Of a stretch of 35,884 bases of DNA, positions 10,731-22,989 are shown piece by piece (the first letter of the stretch is position 1; every line of letters starts with the position of its first letter). The stretch is from Octopus sinensis. Lineage: Eukaryota. The notes under the pieces were generated by a model. That model did not search any database and had not been told where the DNA came from. It was given only the letters and a program-made list of their open reading frames with translations. The stretch lies in NCBI RefSeq assembly GCF_006345805.1, contig NW_021829886.1:1-35884 (forward strand), read 5' to 3'. The position numbers and the translations under genes were made by a program.

Positions 10731-10967
10731 GTTGACGATGAAGATAATTGGATGGGTATGGGATGAACAATAATAAATATATATAAAAAGCAAAGGCAGA
10801 AGAACAAAACAATAGAAAAAAAACGGAGAAATAACAGTCCCATCACTGCACAGAAGTGTTGTCTCTATTTATAGAAGCGTTATTGGTTTAGGTTAAAGAT
10901 GTCAGTAACAGATGGCTGTCACATCTTCGGATGAGTTGGGTAAAGACAGACTCAGTTTACACACTGC

Positions 10968-11122
10968 AAATTACTGTTTGCTGAGAGATGAGGCATGTGA
11001 CACAACAACAACAACAGCAACCACAGCAACTACAGCAACACCGCATACTACAACTACCACCAACACCATTACAACTACTACTACTATACTACCATCACCA
11101 CCACCACCACCTCCACTACTAT

Positions 11123-11154
<32 letters not shown>

Positions 11155-11350
11155 ATTACTGTTTGCTGAGAGATGAGGCACGTGACACAACAACAACCAC
11201 CACCACCACCACCACCACCACCACAGCAACAACAACAACACCGCATACTACAACTACCACCAACACCATTACAACTACCACTAATACTACCACTACTATT
11301 AATATTACTACTACAATTACCACCACCAGCACCACCAACACTACTACTAC
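10968..11350. repeat. About 185-bp tandem duplication with ACT/ACC/AAC repeats
   Basis: attactgtttgctgagagatgaggca(t/c)gtgacacaacaacaac and caccgcatactacaactaccaccaacaccattacaactac each occur twice. Confidence 0.9.
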
Positions 11351-12331
11351 TACTATTATCATTTTTATTGTCAGTGTTATTGTCATTGTTATTGTGCTCT
11401 GGCCTGCATCGTTTGACACCCCCCCCTGTTTGGCTGACATGCTCTTTCATGATTACATGACAAGAAAGATTCTTTTTACCTCAGCTTTACTGGGCTTTCG
11501 GCATATTTCGGAGTCTTTCACTGTACCGTAGGGGATAAAAGAAGGTTCGCCCTGAGACAATTTACTTGAATACACATAGCAATCATCCATGGTGTCCCTC
11601 TAAGACCGTGTCTTGAGTAAGTGGTGGTGGTGGGGAGATGCTTTTAACAAAGATGGTAGAAGGGGATACGCTCTCTGGTCTTTTTGAAATTTATGAAAAC
11701 ACAAAAATAGATTTTACAAAGAATTATAAACGTTAAAATTGGCAATAAAACAGATCGAATTTATAAATAAAAGCAATCATGGTTTGACAATAATAACAAC
11801 ACCAACACCAATGCTAACACTGTCAATAACTCAATAACAACAACAACAACAAGTGTTAAGAATAACAACCGTACTTGGTTTTTAATTCCGTAGAAATCCA
11901 AAAAAACAAATAATAAACATCGCTCAACTTCAGAGAAAGAAAAAAGTGTATAATACGTAACAAACGATAGTGCTTCCTTGCTCTGAGGAAAATGAGCGAA
12001 AGTGGTTTGCATATACCTTCGAAAAAAGAATCTGGGGGGACAAGTTGATCGATGGATAAGATTAGTGTTACATTAATTGAGGCGGGAAGTATCGAAGCGA
12101 ATGTCTGGTCTTTAAGAAGAACGAGGTGAAGGGATAATCAGAAGTGGTGTATCACACACATTGGTCACAAGATGGTGCGGGGAAAAGGAATACTCGGTTT
12201 ATAGCCGCGGATATCGCTACAAAAGTAGCACTTGATTTCAGGTTACGTTTGTGTTACAGTTCAGTCGGGTTGTGAGTGCGGAGGCGTGGTAGAAGCCAAA
12301 TAGACACTGGTTTATCTGCTCAACCCTCCAG

Positions 12332-12434
12332 ATTATAATGGGTCCAAGACTCTCCAGAAGTTATACCTCATTGAAGCAACAGAGATATGGTCAATGAAAT
12401 TTGAAGTGAAGAACAAACGGCTCAATTATTGTAG
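12332..12434 (+). CDS. Candidate exon (YNGSKTLQKLYLIEATEIWSMKFEVKNKRLNYC)
   Basis: ctcaaccctccAG acceptor and agGTGTGA donor; open frame; phase 2 matches the next exon. Confidence 0.35.
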
Positions 12435-12501
12435 GTGTGATAATAAAACCTACTTGATGGTCTTCTACCTAAATTGTTTTTTTTAATTATTATACGAATA
12501 G

Positions 12502-12658
12502 CAAGAGCAGACTGTTGGGAATGTCTATGTGGACATACAGGTTCTATGGACTCCCGAAACCTACAAACGTCTCTCGAAATTATCCCGATGGTGCAGAGCA
12601 GAAGGTTCATTCCCTAGACGCGTGGGGGGCATGGCTATTGTTCTACCACCCAGATAAA
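12502..12658 (+). CDS. Candidate exon (KSRLLGMSMWTYRFYGLPKPTNVSRNYPDGAEQKVHSLDAWGAWLLFYHPDK), weak ApeC-like spacing
   Basis: T-rich acceptor ending gaatAG and donor aaGTAAAG; 52 open codons; phases fit both neighbours. Confidence 0.4.
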
Positions 12659-12859
12659 GTAAAGTTTGTGATACTCTAAACATCCTAACAAGAGCTGCCG
12701 AAGCAGCAGCAATAATACAAGCAGTTGACGTGAATGTTTCACTGATGAGAGTCAGCAAGAGCGAAACATATCCGTTTACAAAAACCAGATTCGCTTCATG
12801 CAATTTTTGTATTGCGTGTGAGTTCAAACTCCGATGACTTTCAATTAATTGTTTTGCAG

Positions 12860-12894
12860 GAATCAGATCGGTTTTGGGAGAATATCTCATTGCA
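12860..12894 (+). CDS. Candidate short exon (ESDRFWENISL)
   Basis: ttaattgttttgcAG acceptor and GTACGT donor; phase 0 start matches the previous exon. Confidence 0.3.
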
Positions 12895-13047
12895 GTACGT
12901 TGCAATGGGTTAACCATTTAGAGGAATGGCTAAAAAGGACAAAAAACTCTGGACATGTTCTAGTCATCAGCTAAAGTTCGATAGATCAAAGATATTTTTA
13001 TTGTTGTTCTTTTGTTTCTAATGCAAGTTCTTTTATAAAAGACTGGC

Positions 13048-13155
13048 ACTTATTCTATCGGTGCCTTCTGCCGAACTGCTAAGTTACAGGAACGTAATTA
13101 CACTAGCACCAGTTGTTAAGCGGTGACAGGAGACAAACATGGACTCGTGCGCATA

Positions 13156-13202
<47 letters not shown>

Positions 13203-13352
13203 GACGGGCTTCTTCAGTTTGCATCTACCAAAATCACTCACAAGGGTTTGGTCGGCCAGAGGCTACAGTAGAAGTTATTCCCTCAAGGTGCCACGCAGTG
13301 GGACTGAACCCAGAACCATGTGATTGGGAAGCACTTTTCTTACCACACACTC
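13048..13352 (-). mobile_element. SINE family A with internal (CA)n, tail missing
   Basis: Reverse complement of the head/core gggttcagtcccactgcgtggcaccttg.. and of the second half. Confidence 0.85.
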
Positions 13353-14204
13353 ACACACATATATATATGTATGTATGTGTGCATATGTTTGTATACGCGC
13401 TCGCGAGTGTGTGTGTGTGTGTGTGTGTGTATGTAGGTTTTTATTCTGCTCTTCTGATCAGTTCAGTTTATGGCTTGGGTTAGATCCAAAACGTCGCATC
13501 AAATATTCTTGAAACACGTCGTCTCTCTTCATCATTTATCAGTTTGATTACCCAATACGAAATCTATACGTGTTAACATTAATAAGTGCAACAAAACCAC
13601 AACAACAGCATATACAGCAACAACAGCATCAAGAACATACACAACAGTATGGTGTGCTGTTTTTGGCACAAGGCCACAACATTTGAGGCAATGAATAGAC
13701 CGGATCAGAACGGTTGAGGGATCCTCGACGTGTGGGACTTGTTCGAAGAATGACATCCTTCAATTGATTGTTTTGCTGTCTTGACAGGGTAAAAACGTAT
13801 TGCCTGGTTAAGAATTTACATTATCTAGTCCCAACGCTACATTTGAACGAACGGCAAGAATGTTCTTCGCTGGAACGACATTAAGCACGTGACTGATGGG
13901 ACAAAGCTGACCTGGTGCGATACAACAGCAGAAGCAACAACAACTGCAAAAGATGCAGTTTAAGCTGTGTCTTTTTGTTTAGAAAACGTTATTATATATA
14001 TATATATATATATATATGTATAGTGAGAATTTACCAAAAAAATACAAAAGACGAAAGTGTAAACAACACACAGGTGTTTTAGTTTAACGCTCGAAAAGTG
14101 AGAAAGTCTTTTACGTTTGTAGCCAACGCTCTTCCACAGAAAGGAACACGGAATTAAGCAAGGAGAGAAAATAGAAAAAGGTCTAGTGGGTAGCGATCTA
14201 TCAT

Positions 14205-14350
<146 letters not shown>

Positions 14351-14374
14351 GGTTCGGGATTTATCACGACTTTG

Positions 14375-14462
14375 TAACACCTTGGGTGAGTTTCTTCTAC
14401 TTTAGCCCTGGGCCGACCAAGGCACCCCGAGTAGAGGACGGAGACTGAAAAGATCCCGTCAC
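14375..14462 (+). mobile_element. SINE family A core fragment
   Basis: caccttgggtgagtttcttctactttagccctgggccgaccaa..acggagactgaaa..cccgtc. Confidence 0.7.
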
Positions 14463-14593
14463 AAGTATGTATTCACCATCATTTCATTTATTTCATTCAG
14501 TTTTAGAAAAAATAAAAACGTCTTTAACAATCCCGGAGCGTATTGATCTTATTTTGTGCGTAACTTTTGGCCCAGCCTGCACGCACGCACACA

Positions 14594-14660
<67 letters not shown>

Positions 14661-15180
14661 ACACATACACACACAGCACACACATACCCACACATACATA
14701 CTATATATATCACTCAACTACGGTAGTATTCGAATAATATTCTTAAGGCTGCAATTTACTGACAAGCAACATATTTCAGAGCTTGTCGCTAATTCGCTTC
14801 TTAACCAAATTAAAATCTCTTAACATTTCTGAAGAGGGCTCGTCCCTAGCTACATTTTGGCATAAAAAAATTGCCATTTGATCCTGTAGCAAAATGTTTA
14901 CATCGAAATTTGTAACAACGTTATAGGAGAGTAAGTAACACCTCCAATCAAGTTTAGATCTAAATAACTTTTTTAGTTTAAAAGGAAAATATACTTATCT
15001 TAGTTTCAATGACAGAAGAAAGCATCAAGAATTTCATAGTTTTGGTACCATGCAGCAAAAATTTGTATCTGAAGCGTTATGAGGTAAAATATCATGCAAA
15101 AAATATAAGTTTTATAAGTTTTAAAGAAAAAATTTATGAGTGTTTCTAAAATTTGAGGGTGATAATATGGTTCTATACTT

Positions 15181-15250
15181 TTAATCTCTTTGTCTGTCTT
15201 TGTTTGTCCCCTCTATGTTTAGCTCCCTGAGGGCAATAAAGAAATAAATA
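15181..15250 (+). mobile_element. SINE family B tail type 2 only
   Basis: ttaatc..tttgtctgtctttgtttgtcccctctatgtttagctccctgagggcaataaagaaata. Confidence 0.8.
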
Positions 15251-15252
15251 TA

Positions 15253-15882
15253 TACATACATACATACATACATACATACATACATACATACATACATACA
15301 TACATACATACATGCATGCATGCATACATACATACATACATACATACATACACACACATACACACATACATACATACGCATACATACATGCATACATACA
15401 TACATGCATACATACATACATGCATACATACATACATGCATACATGCATACATACATACATGCATACATACATACATGCATACATACATACATACATACA
15501 TACATACATACATACATACATACATGCATACATACATACATACATACATACATACAATACATACATACATGCATACATACATACATGCATACATACATAC
15601 ATACATACATACATACATACATGCATACATACATACATACATACATACATACATGCATACATACATACATACATACATACATGCATACATACATACATGC
15701 ATACATACATGCATACATACATACATGCATACATACATACATGCATATACATACATACATACATACATACATGCATACATACATACATACATACATACAT
15801 ACATACATACATACATGCATACATACATGCATACATACATACATGCATACATACATGCATACATACATACATACATACATAC

Positions 15883-15913
<31 letters not shown>

Positions 15914-15915
15914 CA
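15253..15915. repeat. About 660-bp (TACA)n tract with interspersed TGCA variants
   Basis: Direct inspection. Confidence 0.97.
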
Positions 15916-16699
15916 CACACAGATATGGAATAAATGTGTTATAGTTATAATTTTCATTTCACGTATTATTTTTTAGTCTTTCTTTGAAGAATTACAGATA
16001 GTAGCTTCTACACATGTTTTTCTACATGTATACTTTTGTAACTCCTATTCTGTAATGAAACAAGTGTAACACAGAATGAAAAATAATCCAATTTTTTTTT
16101 TCCACTCTTTTCCACTCTTTTGCTTTGATATGTAATTTCTCTGCAAATAGAATTCAGAAATTTCAAATGCAATGAGTGCCCCATTTCAAAACAAAACATC
16201 CATATACATACCTTAGATTATTGTGTACATGCATATGAGATTCATGAGGGCCCAACTTGTGGTCTAACACCTTCTATGCAATACACACACACACACAATT
16301 CGATTTTTTATTTGGTTTGCAAGATTCTCGATGTGAATTCTTGTATTGTAAGCAACCGCACATACGCATAGAAACATACCAGCAAAGCATTACAATCGCA
16401 TAGGGATGAGACTAATTCTAAAACAAACACAAGTCAGACCTTAAAGAGAAATTAAATGTCGTTGATGCGGTTGCCAATAACAACGAAAGAGCTATGAGCA
16501 GCAACTAACCGATTGATAGTATACAAAAGATCGATTATTTAGATGTTTCATCAATTGATCAATATTAAAGAAGTGAGACTGAATCAGTGTGTGTGTTTGT
16601 TATTACTGGTGTAATGACACTCCCGTGACGCCGAAACATGTATATGTGTGTGTGTGTGTGTGTGTGTTGTGTATGCTTGTATACATAAATGTATGTGCA

Positions 16700-16912
16700 C
16701 GTTTCTCTTTGTATTTGTGGTTGTCTCTCACCCCTGCTTGACAACTGGTGTTGTTTTGTTTAAGTCTCGTACCTTAGCATTTCGCCAAAAACCATTATCA
16801 ACGAGTACGAAGCTTAGAAAAAGTAAGTAAAAGTGTTAATTTGTTCGACTAAACGCTTCTAGGCGGTGCTGCAGCATGGCAGCAGTCTTATGACTGAAGC
16901 AAGTAAAAGATT
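16700..16912 (+). mobile_element. SINE family A 3' half, degenerate
   Basis: gcttgacaactggtgttg..ttgttcgactaaa..ggcggtgctgcagcatggcagcagtc..tgactgaagcaagtaaaaga. Confidence 0.7.
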
Positions 16913-17057
16913 TTAAAAAAACCAACAGATAATCGCTATGAGTGCATGTGGTGTGAGAGCTACTATTTCTAGCAGTGAAGTGACCGTGTGCAGCTGTGGA
17001 CCCCAACCCCTAATGTCCTCGCAGAGTGGTCTGAAGAGAAAATATCACTTTTGAAAT

Positions 17058-17464
17058 TCTTTTATTCGTTTATTCTTTTACTTGTTTCAGTCATTTGACT
17101 GCGGCCATGCTGGAGGACCACCTTTTAGTCGAGCAAATGGACCCTAAGACTTATTCTTTGTAAGCCTAGTACTTATTCTTTCGGTCTCTTTTTGCCGAAC
17201 CGCTAAATTAATCGCATGTCTAGTAGTGGTGGACAAACACACACACACACACACACATATACTTACATATACACATACATACACACACATACACATACAC
17301 ATATATATACCACGGGCTTCTTTCAGTTTCTGTCTACCGAATCCACTCAGAAGGCTTTGGTCAGGCCGACGCTATAGTAGAAGACACTTGCCCAAGGTGC
17401 CATGCAGTGGGACTGAACCCGGAACCATGTGGTTGATAAGCAAGCTACTTATCCCGCAGCCGCT
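17058..17464 (-). mobile_element. SINE family A, near full length
   Basis: Reverse complement of 20924-21336 with internal (CA)n. Confidence 0.9.
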
Positions 17465-17926
17465 TACTTTTGAAATGGGTTGTTAGTAAACCTAGCTGTT
17501 CATTGATATACTCTCTCCAATTTGCTGTGGTCCACTAACTGGGGGCTGTGGCATCTCTGGTCACATCCCACTTTTCAAGAATTTTATTTTATCATTGCCT
17601 TTTTTCAAAACATCAAATGCGAGTGAAACGTCGACGGAAACTATTGAGAAGCCCGTCAGCAAAACTGTACCCGTAATCAAAAACGTCCGTCCTGGTCACA
17701 CATTGTTGTGTCACGTTGGTTTAGCTTCAGGATTACATTTAGAGGTTTATGTGACTGGACTGCATTCAAACATGTTGGTATTAATTTAAATAGTAAGTAA
17801 TCTCCTTGATCGAATAATCGAATCTTCATCTTCGAAACTGACGGAGATCCCAATTTCTTCTTATTTGTATTAATAATTTGAACCACAGCACAACATCTAC
17901 AGCAATCAAGCGTTAATGAAAAATAT

Positions 17927-18212
17927 TGGCACTCCGTCGTTGACGACGACGAGAGTTCCAGTTGACCCGATCAACGGAACAGCCCGCTGGTGAAATTAGC
18001 CTGCAAGTGGCTGAGCACTCCACAGACACGTGTACCCTTGACGTAGTTCTCAGGAAAATCAAGCGTGACACAGAATGTGAGAAGGCGGATTCTTTTATAT
18101 CCCAGGTACTTCTCATTTTGACAGCTGAATAGACTGGAGCAATGTGAAATAAAGTGTCTTGCTCAGGGACACAACGCGTCGTCGTGGCTCGAACTCTCGA
18201 CCTTACGATCGC
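17927..18212 (-). mobile_element. SINE family C (tRNA B-box remnant, tgtgtccctgagcaagacacttt core)
   Basis: Minus strand gatcgtaaggtcgagagttcgagcc..gttgtgtccctgagcaagacactttatttcacattgctccagtc.., resembling the conserved cores of CORE/Meta-type SINEs. Confidence 0.7.
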
Positions 18213-18394
18213 GCCTTCACGATCAATCGCTGATCAGGATTACAACGAAACATAGACTACAAACAAAGAAACAAAGAAATAAACCGAAGACTATTTCATA
18301 TGAAAAGGAGTATCAAATGGGAAGTACACCCAACCGGGTTATATTCGTTAAATTGTCTTTCTATTTAATTCATCATGAAGAGTAAGAGGACCTT

Positions 18395-18522
18395 GTGTTT
18401 AGGGCCTCACTTCCCAACCACATGGTTCCGAGTTCAGTCCCACTGGCAGGCACTTTGCGCAAGTGTCTTTTACTATCGCCCTGGACCGAACAAAGCCTTG
18501 TGAGTGGATTTGGTAGACGTCG

Positions 18523-18582
<60 letters not shown>

Positions 18583-18609
18583 CTATCTATCTATCTATCT
18601 ATCTATCTA

Positions 18610-18645
<36 letters not shown>

Positions 18646-18664
18646 CCTATATATATATATATAT

Positions 18665-18756
<92 letters not shown>

Positions 18757-19023
18757 TATATTTATATACATATAGCTATTTATGCATGTGTGTATCTATG
18801 TGTGTGCGTCTTTGCGCTAATGCTTGTCCCCACTGCTCGTTGACATCTAGCGCTGGGATTTACTTATGCGTCCGTAACTGAGAGGTTCGGTAAAATAAGA
18901 TCGATAGAATAGGTACAAAGCTTATGAATAAGTCCTGGGGCAGATTTGCTGAACTAAACCTCTTCAAGGTCGTGTCCCAGCGCGACAGCGATCCGAAGAC
19001 TGAGACTTGTGAAAGATAAAAGA
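18395..19023 (+). mobile_element. SINE family A, old copy with about 280 bp of internal microsatellite
   Basis: Head/core at 18395-18520, (TCTA)(CT)(TA) expansion, degenerate 3' half to aagataaaaga. Confidence 0.85.
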
Positions 19024-19486
19024 TTGGCGCACCTCAAGATTATGTTTCTCATAAAATCTTTCATCAAGGTAAAAAAAAAGAAAGAAATTGTGAAAACCAA
19101 AAAATGGAAAATACTAAACAAAACAAAAAATCTAAATCTATTTTGTTGTTTGTTGTCCGGCGATATTTAATATCAAGAAATTCATGGAATTTTATTGACA
19201 ACGCAAAAAACAAAAACAAGAAACAAAGGGTTTGTTTCTGTTATATTTTATTCCCAGAACTTTCCAAGCAAACAACGGACATCGGATGAGAACATCATGA
19301 GAGACCCAGAAAGGTCAGATATTTCATTATTGATTACTTAATACGCTTAATGCTCTTATATTCTACGCTGTTTCGGACCATCCCTTGGTTCTTTACATGT
19401 TTATTACCATATTTTTTGTTGTTTCATTCTTTAATTGTTCCATTTCTCTTGTGATTAATCATTATTAGAAGCTTTTATTTTTTCAT

Positions 19487-19580
19487 TTATCTTTTACTTG
19501 TTTCTCTCATGGAAATGCGGCCATGCTTGGACCCCACCTTGTTGGGTTTTAGTCGAACAACTCGACCCCAATACTTAGTT
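19487..19580 (-). mobile_element. SINE family A tail fragment
   Basis: tcttttacttgtttc..gcggccatgct..ttagtcgaacaactcgacccc. Confidence 0.65.
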
Positions 19581-19939
19581 TTTCTACACTGTCTGGTATA
19601 GAAGAACTTAAGTTCGATTTTATTCAAACTTTTTGCAACTTTAGAAGCAATATCCAAGACTCTTGTTCGTGTGTGAGAGTTTATCCCTATAATCCGGCGA
19701 AATCTACTTAATCTCACCGTGCTTTCCAAGATTGTTAAAATTTTGAGAATAAACGTCTCATGGTAACAACCAATGTCTATTCAATACAAATGCGTAATTA
19801 GATATCAATTTCCAAAATGTTACCTTTGGTATCTTTACAAAAAAATGAATTCATATCTAAGATACTTTACCCCAATTTTACATCATAAGATAATTTTCAC
19901 CAAACCTTAGTTAATATTTTTGATGCGGTTTATATCAAC

Positions 19940-20232
19940 GGCGCGTGGCCTAGTGGTTTAGGTGTTGTATTCCCGATCACGAGATCGTGGGTTCGATTCC
20001 CGGAGCGAGCTGCGCTTTGTGTTCTTGAGCAAAACACTCCATTTCCCGTTGCTCTGCGATCATTTCGACACCTGACGTGTGGTCAGACTTGTGCAGACGA
20101 TGTCGATATTGATGGAGGGAGTTGAGAGCTAATGCACAGCACATACCTTTGATCACTGCAAACAAATTACTTTTGTGCGGGTCGTTCAGCAGAAACTGAA
20201 GAATCATGCGTCGTCTTCGACGGGAGAGGGCA
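19940..20232 (+). mobile_element. SINE family D, tRNA-headed
   Basis: A box TGGCCTAGTGG, B box GGTTCGATTCC, then gtgttcttgagcaaaacact core. Confidence 0.8.
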
Positions 20233-20923
20233 TTATGCATCCTCTTGAGAGCTGGTTACTTTTTAATAACATGAGGTTATGGTAAAGCAAGTGACAGCAA
20301 AAACATAACTAACAAAATAAGGATGCGAAGTCAATAAAAATTATTTACTAGACAAAATTTGGGTCATACATTGTCAACATTTTACAAAAAGAAAAAAGAA
20401 AGAAAATTTGGAAACATTTTACTTTGCAAGAAGCACTTTGGTGGAGAAAACTGCTTCAAATGTTTGTAACATATTTTTAGTGTTTAGATTTTGATTGAAT
20501 ATAACTTGTTCTAATAGAACATCCACGTTTAAGTAGGGCTACAGATTACTTCTCGGTACAAATACTGCTTCCGTCGCTAATAAATATTGTTAATGATGTC
20601 CAATGAGTTTCCATTTTGTAAAAATTGTTACCAGTTATTACACCCATCCCATTTCTTCTTTCGAAAATTACTCGAGACATTTTAATTGATTTTACTTACA
20701 AAGATTTATACAGACATTAGAGTTTATCATTTTCTGCCTTCCTAAATCAGTTTCTTTACTTTACAGAAATAGATTATATACCAATTAAAAAGAAGTGTAT
20801 GGGTTTGCGCCCATCTACTGAACAACTCAACGCGTTCCATCAACGTAAAATCCAGGCAGCTCAGTTTTCCCATAATTTGCCAGATTATCGTTTCCAATAA
20901 TGTCTCAGAATATCAGAATATCT

Positions 20924-21336
20924 GAGCGGGAGTGGCTGTGTGGTAAGTAGCTTGCTAACCAACCACATGGTTGTGGGTTCAGTCCCACTGCGTGGCATCT
21001 TGGGCAAGTGTCTTCTGCTATAGCCCCGGGCCGACCAATGCCTTGTGAGTGGATTTGGTAGACGGAAACTGAAAGAAGCCCGTCATATATATGTATATAT
21101 GTATATGTGTGTGTGTGATTGTGTGTCTGTGTTTGTCCCCTAGCATTGCTTGACAACCGATGCTGGTGTGTTTACGTCCCCGTCACTTAGCGGTTCGGCA
21201 AAAAGAGACCGATAGAATAAGTACTTGGCTTACAAAGAATAAGTCCCGGGGTAGATTTGCTCGACTAAAGGCGGTGCTCCAGCATGGCCGCAGTCAAATG
21301 ACTGAAACAAGTAAAAGAGTAAAAGAGTAAAAGAGT
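20924..21336 (+). mobile_element. SINE family A, full length with 7-bp TSD
   Basis: A box tggctgtgtgg, B box ggttcagtccc, tail hairpin cagtca-aa-tgactg, (TAAAAGAG)n tail, and aatatct at both 20917-20923 and 21337-21343. Confidence 0.95.
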
Positions 21337-21344
21337 AATATCTA

Positions 21345-21760
21345 CTCACCATTTCAAGATGGGTTAATTTGGAGCTCAAAAATTGATTCCTGACAAACTT
21401 TTACTGATGAAAACATGTCCCTAAGTCCTTGGATGTCGACTTCTCCAAAGAGAGTCAAAATAATTAAACAAAATTCCACGAAAAGACCCTTCTTGTCAAC
21501 TGAGTGAAAAGGGCTGAAGTGATAGACTTTCGTCTCCGACCAAGACCTCATAATCTTTTTCTGGGTCCACTTGGAAAGGAATGTAAGGGTGGGGAAGGAA
21601 GGAGATACCGTCTCCCAGTAAATTTGTTGAAAGACTTGTGAATAGAGCGAGAAGGGTCCAAGTAAATGAGAAAACTTTAAACATGCTCTTGTAGGCTGCA
21701 AATTTCGGAGAGAGAAGCACTCAGCATGGTTCACCTGGTGATCAGGGTGACTAGGGATCC
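21345..21760 (-). pseudogene. Degenerate coding-like fragment, probably retroelement-derived, family unresolved
   Basis: 126-aa and overlapping 74-aa ORFs of ordinary composition between two elements; no diagnostic motif recognised. Confidence 0.3.
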
Positions 21761-21924
21761 ATGGGGTTCCTTTGTTGCCCCTGGGTGGTGTTCCCCGACC
21801 TCTTATAACTGATTATATTGTTTATAGTTTTACTGTTATCATTTCATTGTTGACACAGAAGCCCTCACTCTGCTTTGTCTTGTATCACCCCTTTGTTGTG
21901 TGCGCAGATCTTATGGCCTATGCA

Positions 21925-22980
21925 AATTTATTATTGTTATTCAAATATTTTGTATCTCATTCCTATAGTGGAATTTAGGTGGGTTTCCTCTTGGATAACA
22001 AGTCACCACCTGTAATCTCAACCATCCAAGAATGATCTCTGCTTCTAACAAGCAGGTCAGCTGAGTGTGTCCTATGTGCTTCTGCGGGCCAATCGTTTTC
22101 TATTCACTCGTTGGGCCTCTTCCCCGTCTTCCACTAAGGCTTCAATGACGATTGGAAAGGCCTCACTTTTTCCATAACCTCACAATCTGTTTATCTCGCT
22201 CAAGTCCTGTTATGTGTCTAAATCTTTAATTTCTTTTCCTTTTATTCTTGTAGCAAATGTACAGGCCGCATCATTATGATGCAAGTCCGTTCCCTCTTCA
22301 CAACACCAAGATACCTGATCTGTTTTGCTCACGGCCATGATCCCTTTAATTAAGTAAGTCCCCAAAATGTTGTGTCACTTGGTCATTCCCACTCACTTTT
22401 TCAGGTGAATTTTCATACCAGTTGTGCTTTGATGAAAGTCCATACTACTTACCTATTTCCCAGTGGATGATCTTTGCAACATTATCCTGTCTCCAAGATT
22501 TGTACTGTTTCTCTGTGTGTTTGGAACATTCGCTTACTATGTCAGTCGCTGTTGCTTCTCGTTCGTCGCACAATGGCAAAACATTGACTTTTGCCCTACG
22601 TTTTGCACTATTTATCTAAAAGATTTCATCCCGAGCTACCATGATTAATCCGTCTGTCTCATTTTTTGAGAATCCCCTTTTTCAACCAATTCCAACAGAC
22701 TCTGCATCTTTCCGCTTCCCTTCCTCTATATAACTCTGCTTTCTCTTTCCAGGCACTTCATATTTTGTTTGTCCTTCTCCTACCATGCTTGCATTGTTTA
22801 CTGCTGCTAGTGTGTCTGCTGTATTTTCCTTAACACACTCATTGACACTTTTCACTTCCTCCACGCTGAGCATTCTCATCAATCCATTTTTACCTTTCAT
22901 GTCAATACCTGCCCTTCTTATGCAATGCTTTGTACATTGTCATTATTATTATTACCGGCGTTTTGTCTGTCTGTACGTTA
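21925..22980 (-). mobile_element. Second R4/Dong-type non-LTR element, old, 5'-truncated
   Basis: Across lesions: MTMYKALH..KGKNGLMRMLSVEE..GFSKNETDGLIMVA..LCDEREATATDIVSECSK..YKSWRQDNVAKIIHWE..WYENSPEKVS, i.e. the post-RT region, a decayed CCHC knuckle and the RLE. The 3' end is aataacaataata. Confidence 0.8.
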
Positions 22981-22989
22981 AATATTCAA

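Noticed and set aside
12742-12775. CTGATGAG..CGAAAC hammerhead-like boxes
   Set aside because: Helix II has only the closing G-C pair and helix I does not form
12561-12917. 118-aa minus-strand ORF with a hydrophobic stretch
   Set aside because: No recognisable family; conflicts with the better splice-supported + strand model, though it is not formally excluded
14850-15180. AT-rich segment resembling DNA-transposon internal sequence
   Set aside because: No TIR, TSD or second copy in the window
15173-15976. Six overlapping 205-247 aa ORFs
   Set aside because: All six frames of (TACA)n lack stops; not coding
17595-17886. Short ORFs on both strands in unique sequence
   Set aside because: No motif and no convincing splice pair
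19940-20015. Possible functional tRNA gene
   Set aside because: A/B boxes run into a SINE core; no proper cloverleaf or terminator
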